Positions 62,747-64,000 of a stretch of 64,000 nucleotides of DNA are shown here, piece after piece. Positions within the stretch are counted from its first letter, which is position 1, and each line of letters starts with the position of its first letter. The stretch lies in the NCBI RefSeq assembly GCF_000143415.4, contig NW_003314352.1, forward strand, positions 302,278-366,277. Reading direction: 5' to 3'. Under the pieces are notes generated by a model. The model ran no database searches, was not told where the DNA came from, and saw nothing but the letters and a program-made list of their open reading frames with translations. A program made the translations under genes and the position numbers. The DNA is from Selaginella moellendorffii (taxonomy: Eukaryota > Plantae > Lycopodiophyta).

Positions 62747-64000
62747 ATGGAGGTGGTTCATCCGGGAGGGCTGGACGACTTGGATGGATTCCTGAGGCTC
62801 TTGGCCAAGCCCGACGCCGATGGCCATGGCGAGGAGCTCCAAGAGGACGATTGCTTCTTCAATCCGGCAGGGCCATCGCCGGCTTGCACTGGCACGATTG
62901 GGACCCTGCCTGTCCCCTCCATGGTCTTTCACGGCGCGGAAGCTTTCTCGGGCGCTTCCACCTCTTCCTCCAGCTCCTCGCAATTTCTGCTGCCTGGCCA
63001 GCCCGCCCTCGCCAGCAGCTACAGCTCCTCGCCGGAGCTCCAGGCCCTGCGCAAGGAGCTGGAGCTCCTCGACGATCCCAGCGGCACTGGATTCGAGCTG
63101 GGCGGCAGCGATTTCCAGCAGATGCCGCGATTCGGCTTCAACTACTCGTCGGCGAGCAATGATCCCTCCCCGAGCACCAGCAGCAGCAAAGTGGTCCTCG
63201 ATTCCCTCTCGGAATTCCTCATGCGCGATCACTCGAGCACCGCCACTGGATCGTTGCTTGGATCGGGCAGGGGAGCGATCCACCCGGGCACCCCGAATTC
63301 CTCGATATCCTCCTCCTCCAGCGACGAGCCCATGGAAGCGCTCCATGGAGGAGTGGCGCCCAAGAGAAGAGCCAGCGACGGCGGGGCATCATTGGATCAT
63401 TACGACTCGGCCAGGCAGCAGCCGCAGCCGCAGCAGCAGCAGCAGCAGTAAGTTTCTCTCTCGATCGATCGGTTCGATCGACAGAGTTTTCTTCTCCTCC
63501 GATCACACTGATCGATTTGTTTCGTTGCATTCATTCTCCAGGGCCACCAATCCCAGGAGAAAAGGGAAGAAGAGAAGCCACCAGCCCAGGTATGCCATAC
63601 AAACCAAGAGCGACAAGGAGATCATGGACGATGGCTACCGGTGGAGGAAGTACGGACAAAAGGCCGTCAAGAACAGCCCATACCCAAGGTGCGTACGGCA
63701 GGCCTCCATTGTGAGAGGAGAGAGAGAGAGAGAGAGGCGAGGAATGCGTTGAATTGGGGCCATTGGATTGACCACCTCCACGATCGACGGTGAAATCGAG
63801 ACGAGCATGGGACTCTGCTCCAGTCTCCATGATCAATCCTTGGAACGATTCGACGGCAAAAACGGAGGGAGGGAGAGAGGATCATGGAGAGAATCCAAAA
63901 AGATGCTAATATCGGCTGGTATTGTTCTTTCAGGAGCTACTACCGGTGCACGTACACCAAGTGCCACGTCAAGAAGAGGGTGGAGAGATCCTCCAAAGAT
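62747..64000 (+). CDS. WRKY: Group IIc WRKY transcription factor (runs off window end)
   Basis: [35 protein letters not shown]|[22 protein letters not shown], with the conserved R-type intron after PR. Confidence 0.96.

Noticed and set aside
62820-63752. 310-aa alternative-frame ORF
   Set aside because: Reads through the WRKY intron; only its 3' part is the true WRKY exon 2.

Overview
Eukaryotic plant genomic DNA. Compact genes with many ~50-60 bp GT-AG introns and the gene content suggest a lycophyte such as Selaginella (inference). The window alternates repeat blocks and gene islands. Repeat block 1 (~0.3-14 kb): PPR remnant, non-autonomous LTR element with a nested TRIM-like insert, a patchwork of captured gene fragments, a CACTA transposase relic and an iMet-primed LTR element. 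Gene island 1 (14.6-27.5 kb): F-box/PP2, KIF7/KIF27-like kinesin-4, ankyrin-repeat MEKK-type MAP3K, CWC15, FKBP16-1 and a hevein-like peptide. Repeat block 2 (29-43.5 kb): a second copy of the non-autonomous LTR family, solo LTRs, and a Ty3/gypsy element carrying a MITE, a solo LTR and a Penelope-like RT insertion flanked by a 157-bp duplication. Gene island 2 (44.3-64 kb): FAB1-like pseudo-kinase, REF/SRPP, U6 fragment, TMEM97/EXPERA, FSH1 hydrolase, ABCC transporter, RALF and a WRKY cut off by the window end. All calls come from manual motif recognition; exon boundaries and repeat ends are approximate unless stated.
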